From the NCBI RefSeq assembly GCF_001194135.2, contig NC_068993.1, positions 59,432,935-59,496,934 of the forward strand: a stretch of 64,000 bases of DNA. Direction: 5' to 3'. The notes under the pieces are model-generated. The model saw only the letters and a list, made by a program, of their open reading frames with translations, had not been told where the DNA came from and did not search any database. This document shows, in pieces, positions 60,801 through 64,000 of the stretch. The number at the start of each line of letters is the position of its first letter. The stretch's first letter is position 1. Source of the DNA: Octopus bimaculoides (taxonomy: Eukaryota). The translations under genes and the position numbers were made by a program.

Positions 60801-61544
60801 ACATTTTGAGATTGTGTTAGCTTACATATATGAAATTACAGAACAGTGGACAATAGCATAGTCATCTCTTTGGAACTCTCATTTATCATTATTTGTTTGC
60901 TCCATTGGAACTGCCAGTGTCAGCGTAGTAGACCCTCATCTCTCTGTAGCTGATAAAATAAAGTACCAGTTAAGTGCTACAGTCAGCACTTGTGTCTAAA
61001 ACTCTTCTCCCAAATTGCTGCCTTTATGTCTAAGCTAGAAACAATTATTCAGTAGTCCCAGGTCAGTCCAACTGAGCAGACAAAGATTCAAGATATTTTG
61101 GTGTGACCAATTCAGTTATTTTTTCTGGGGAACTTGTTCAATTTTTTCCAATCACTTGAAGTTTTTCAAATTTTTATGAAATTATTTTTTAAAAAAATCA
61201 ATGTAGTCTTCGTATGCTGGTGATAAAAATAGTATCCATTTTTTTTTCTAGAATTTAATAAAGAAGTCACAAACATACACAGTTTTGTAATATAAGCCAA
61301 GGTATTTTAGGTGGAACTTATCTGATGCCATGGAAATTAGCAAAGACAAGAAAGATGAAGACTTTACGAGGTCTCTAGACCTGCTAAAAGTAACGGTCAC
61401 ATTTTCCTTAAACTACATCGAATGGGGATGGGGGCATATTTTTTTTTCGTTCATAATGAGAGTACGAATTCATTATACGCTTGAATGCCCAGTGACCCTA
61501 AATATGTGTTTATTATATGTAATAAATATAAAAGGGTAAAGAGT

Positions 61545-61810
61545 AAGGTAAAGACCCATTTCGGTCATGAATGACCATGGGGTTGCTTCTAGAAAGTTTC
61601 CCTTCGAGGCACAATTCCGGGCAAGGTTGTTTATGGACAACCAGCAGTCGTCCAGCCTCCGCTCTCCACGCTTATCCAAGAGAATGGATACAACTTGGCA
61701 CCAGTGACATTGCAACTCATTTCTACAGCTGAGTAAACTGAAACAACATGAAATAAAGTATCTTGCTCAAGAACACAACACACAGCCTGGTCCAGGAATC
61801 GAACTCATGA
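61545..61810 (-). mobile_element. tRNA-head SINE of a further family
   Basis: Minus strand: gagttcgattcctgg…ttcttgagcaagatacttta… (B box plus conserved SINE central motif). Confidence 0.55.
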
Positions 61811-62489
61811 TTGTGGTATATTTTTATAAATATATTGTATGTATTAATAACAAGTACGTACACAGCATTATGCCATTGTATAGTGAGGAATACATTAATG
61901 GACATAGTCCTCCAAGCCAAGATTAACAGTATAACTTGAGGGAAATATGACAGTTATTTCTAGCAGATTGTGCAAGTACGTAGAGGTTCCATTGCACCTA
62001 CGTCGTCATTTAGTCCAAGAAAAACCATAACTGACCAGCACTACCTATTCAGTGCTGGTCAATCGACAGTTGTTAACAATAACTATGAAACTACGTGTAA
62101 TAAATCTCTAAGTGGGAGATGGTAAAACGTGTGCAAACATCCATCAGACGAAAGTGAAACAGCTGGTGGGGGAGGGGCCTTGACTGTTTCTTCAAGAAAA
62201 AAATATATTTAAAAACAGAAATTCCTAGATTCATAATTTCTGTATTTTTTAGAATTCGGAAAAAAGTTTAAATTAGGAATTAATGGGGGGTAAAATTTCG
62301 GAAAAGTGATTTTGGGGTAAAATCTCATTCTCCTACATTGAAAGCATAGAAAACCGGAAAAAATCTTGGGTATAAATAAATAAATAAAAAAACATCGGAA
62401 ATGGATGGTGTGCACGCGTTTTACGTTCGCTTCTAAGTGTATCCATATTTTGTTTTTCTATTTATGATAATAAATATTTATTCGGATTC

Positions 62490-62594
62490 TGTTACTTCCG
62501 CCAAGCATCTACCATAATCATTTCCGGCGAAGAACTTTGTCGCATATTAATCGAATTTATCAAAGAAATTATAAAGGTAAAAAGAAAAGTAAGT
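62490..62594 (+). promoter_or_regulatory. Tenth promoter / exon 1 module; its ZNF CDS is not in the window
   Basis: acttccgcc (62494), atttccggcg (62520), aaagaaaa|GTAAGT (62589); flanks homologous to 56200-56700. Confidence 0.55.
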
Positions 62595-63084
62595 ATTTAT
62601 AATGTTTAAATCGATATTAAATATTTCCAGGACGGATCTTCGGAATAACTGTGGTTTCTTCACGGGAAATGAAAAAGGAGCGAAGAATTGGGAAGGTTTT
62701 TCTTTTTCCTTCATCATTCAATATTTTATGATAGTCCGATGAAATTTCTATCAGAATCGTAATTTCCTTTGTATCAAACACAGGAATACTACGAAAAAGT
62801 GGGGTGGTTTTCGAAATAGCAGTCACTAATAAAATGGAATTTCTCGAAGATTTTTTTGTTATTTTTTGGTATTTTTACCTTTTGTAGAATCTCAAAGTAG
62901 ATGTAAATCTCTTTAAAAAAGAAAAAAGAAAAATATTCCGTATCTTTGCTTTTTTGAAATGTCTCACTCTCTCTGTCCTTCTCAATTACGATTTCGGAAT
63001 ATCTGCCATGATTCTCATGAATTAATTTTCTTCCCAATTTCCTGTCTATTCTGAAATATTTACACAAGTCTGGTACTTATTATG

Positions 63085-63336
63085 TCGGTACTTTTTGCCA
63101 AACCATTATGTTATGGTGACGTAAACAAACCGACTTCAGTTGTCAAGCGATGGTGGAGGACACACACGCACACGACCGGCTTCTTTCAGTTTCCGTTTAT
63201 CGAATCCTTTCATAAAGCATTTATCGGCTCTGGATCATAGTAGAACACAGCTGTCCAAGGTGCCATGCAGCTGGACTGAACCCAGAAGCATGTGATTGGG
63301 AAGCAAACTTCTTACCACACAGCCACACCTGCGCCT
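63085..63336 (-). mobile_element. tRNA-head SINE (family of 3728-4110), diverged
   Basis: Reverse complement of head and body: ggcgcaggtgtggctgtgtggtaagaagtttgcttccc…. Confidence 0.7.
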
Positions 63337-64000
63337 ATATATGATTTTTTTTTTTTTTTCATCATGCTTCTGTATTTCTCATTTTGAAAGACTTGTAATA
63401 TACGTTCGATTTCTTTCTTTCTTGTTTTCAAAAAATACATGTTTTTAAAAATTCTTCACCATCCTTCATCCTGAAACTGCCATTCCATTCTTGAAAAACA
63501 ATTCTTTAAAATTCCATTTTTTAACATTTTGTTCTAATGTTGTGGGTAAATATCACAAAGAAACTATGCCTACCACATGTTTATTGATTATTTTTCATCC
63601 CCAAATGACATTTTTTTCACACTTTTGCCGTCTAAAAAAATTTTGCTTGTATGACATGGTAAACAGGAAAAAAAAAAAACAAAAAAAACAGGAGAAACAA
63701 GAATTTGTTAAGACAACTTAATGCATCAGTTCGATTTTTAACATCAACTGATGAACTTTTTATGACTATTTTCCAATTAAGCATCCTCCAGAAAAGGAAG
63801 AATGTAAGTTTGAGTGACAGGGAACACGTTTTCTCAGAGAGTGCTATTTGCAAGATATTTTATCCAAGACTTGCACAAGTGGATGTGTGAAGAATATGTT
63901 TGGAATTTTGGAAGTAGTATCTATAAAATGTTAATTTCAGTTGTATAAAAAGTAGAAAAGAATATTTGTATCTGAAGAAAACTATAATTTTGTTGCTATT

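Overview
AT-rich animal genomic DNA with N gaps. The repeat content (tRNA-head SINEs, RTE LINE fragments) and the type of zinc-finger cluster point to a coleoid cephalopod, probably Octopus (inference). (1) About 0.85-10 kb holds the 3' end of an unidentified plus-strand gene. It is built from small, mostly phase-1 exons (90, 90, 27, 15, 27 and 13 nt plus a terminal exon) that join into an acidic, low-complexity, receptor-tail-like peptide; the ORF track misses it. (2) About 13.9-59.5 kb holds nine paralogous C2H2 zinc-finger genes with single-exon CDSs (8-17 fingers, no effector domain). Five lie on the minus strand and four on the plus strand, diverging from about 36-38 kb. Each sits in a repeated unit: ETS-motif promoter and non-coding exon 1, non-coding exon 2, then the CDS exon. 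A tenth promoter module is at about 62.5 kb. The paralogues show a conserved central finger core, variable recognition helices, eroding C-terminal fingers, finger-block duplication and patchy homogenisation consistent with gene conversion. (3) The rest is SINEs, LINE remnants (RTE, CR1/L2-like, HERO-like), Tc1/mariner remnants, foldback/MITE elements, a tRNA-Ala pseudogene and microsatellites. All calls were made by eye from the sequence; no searches were run.
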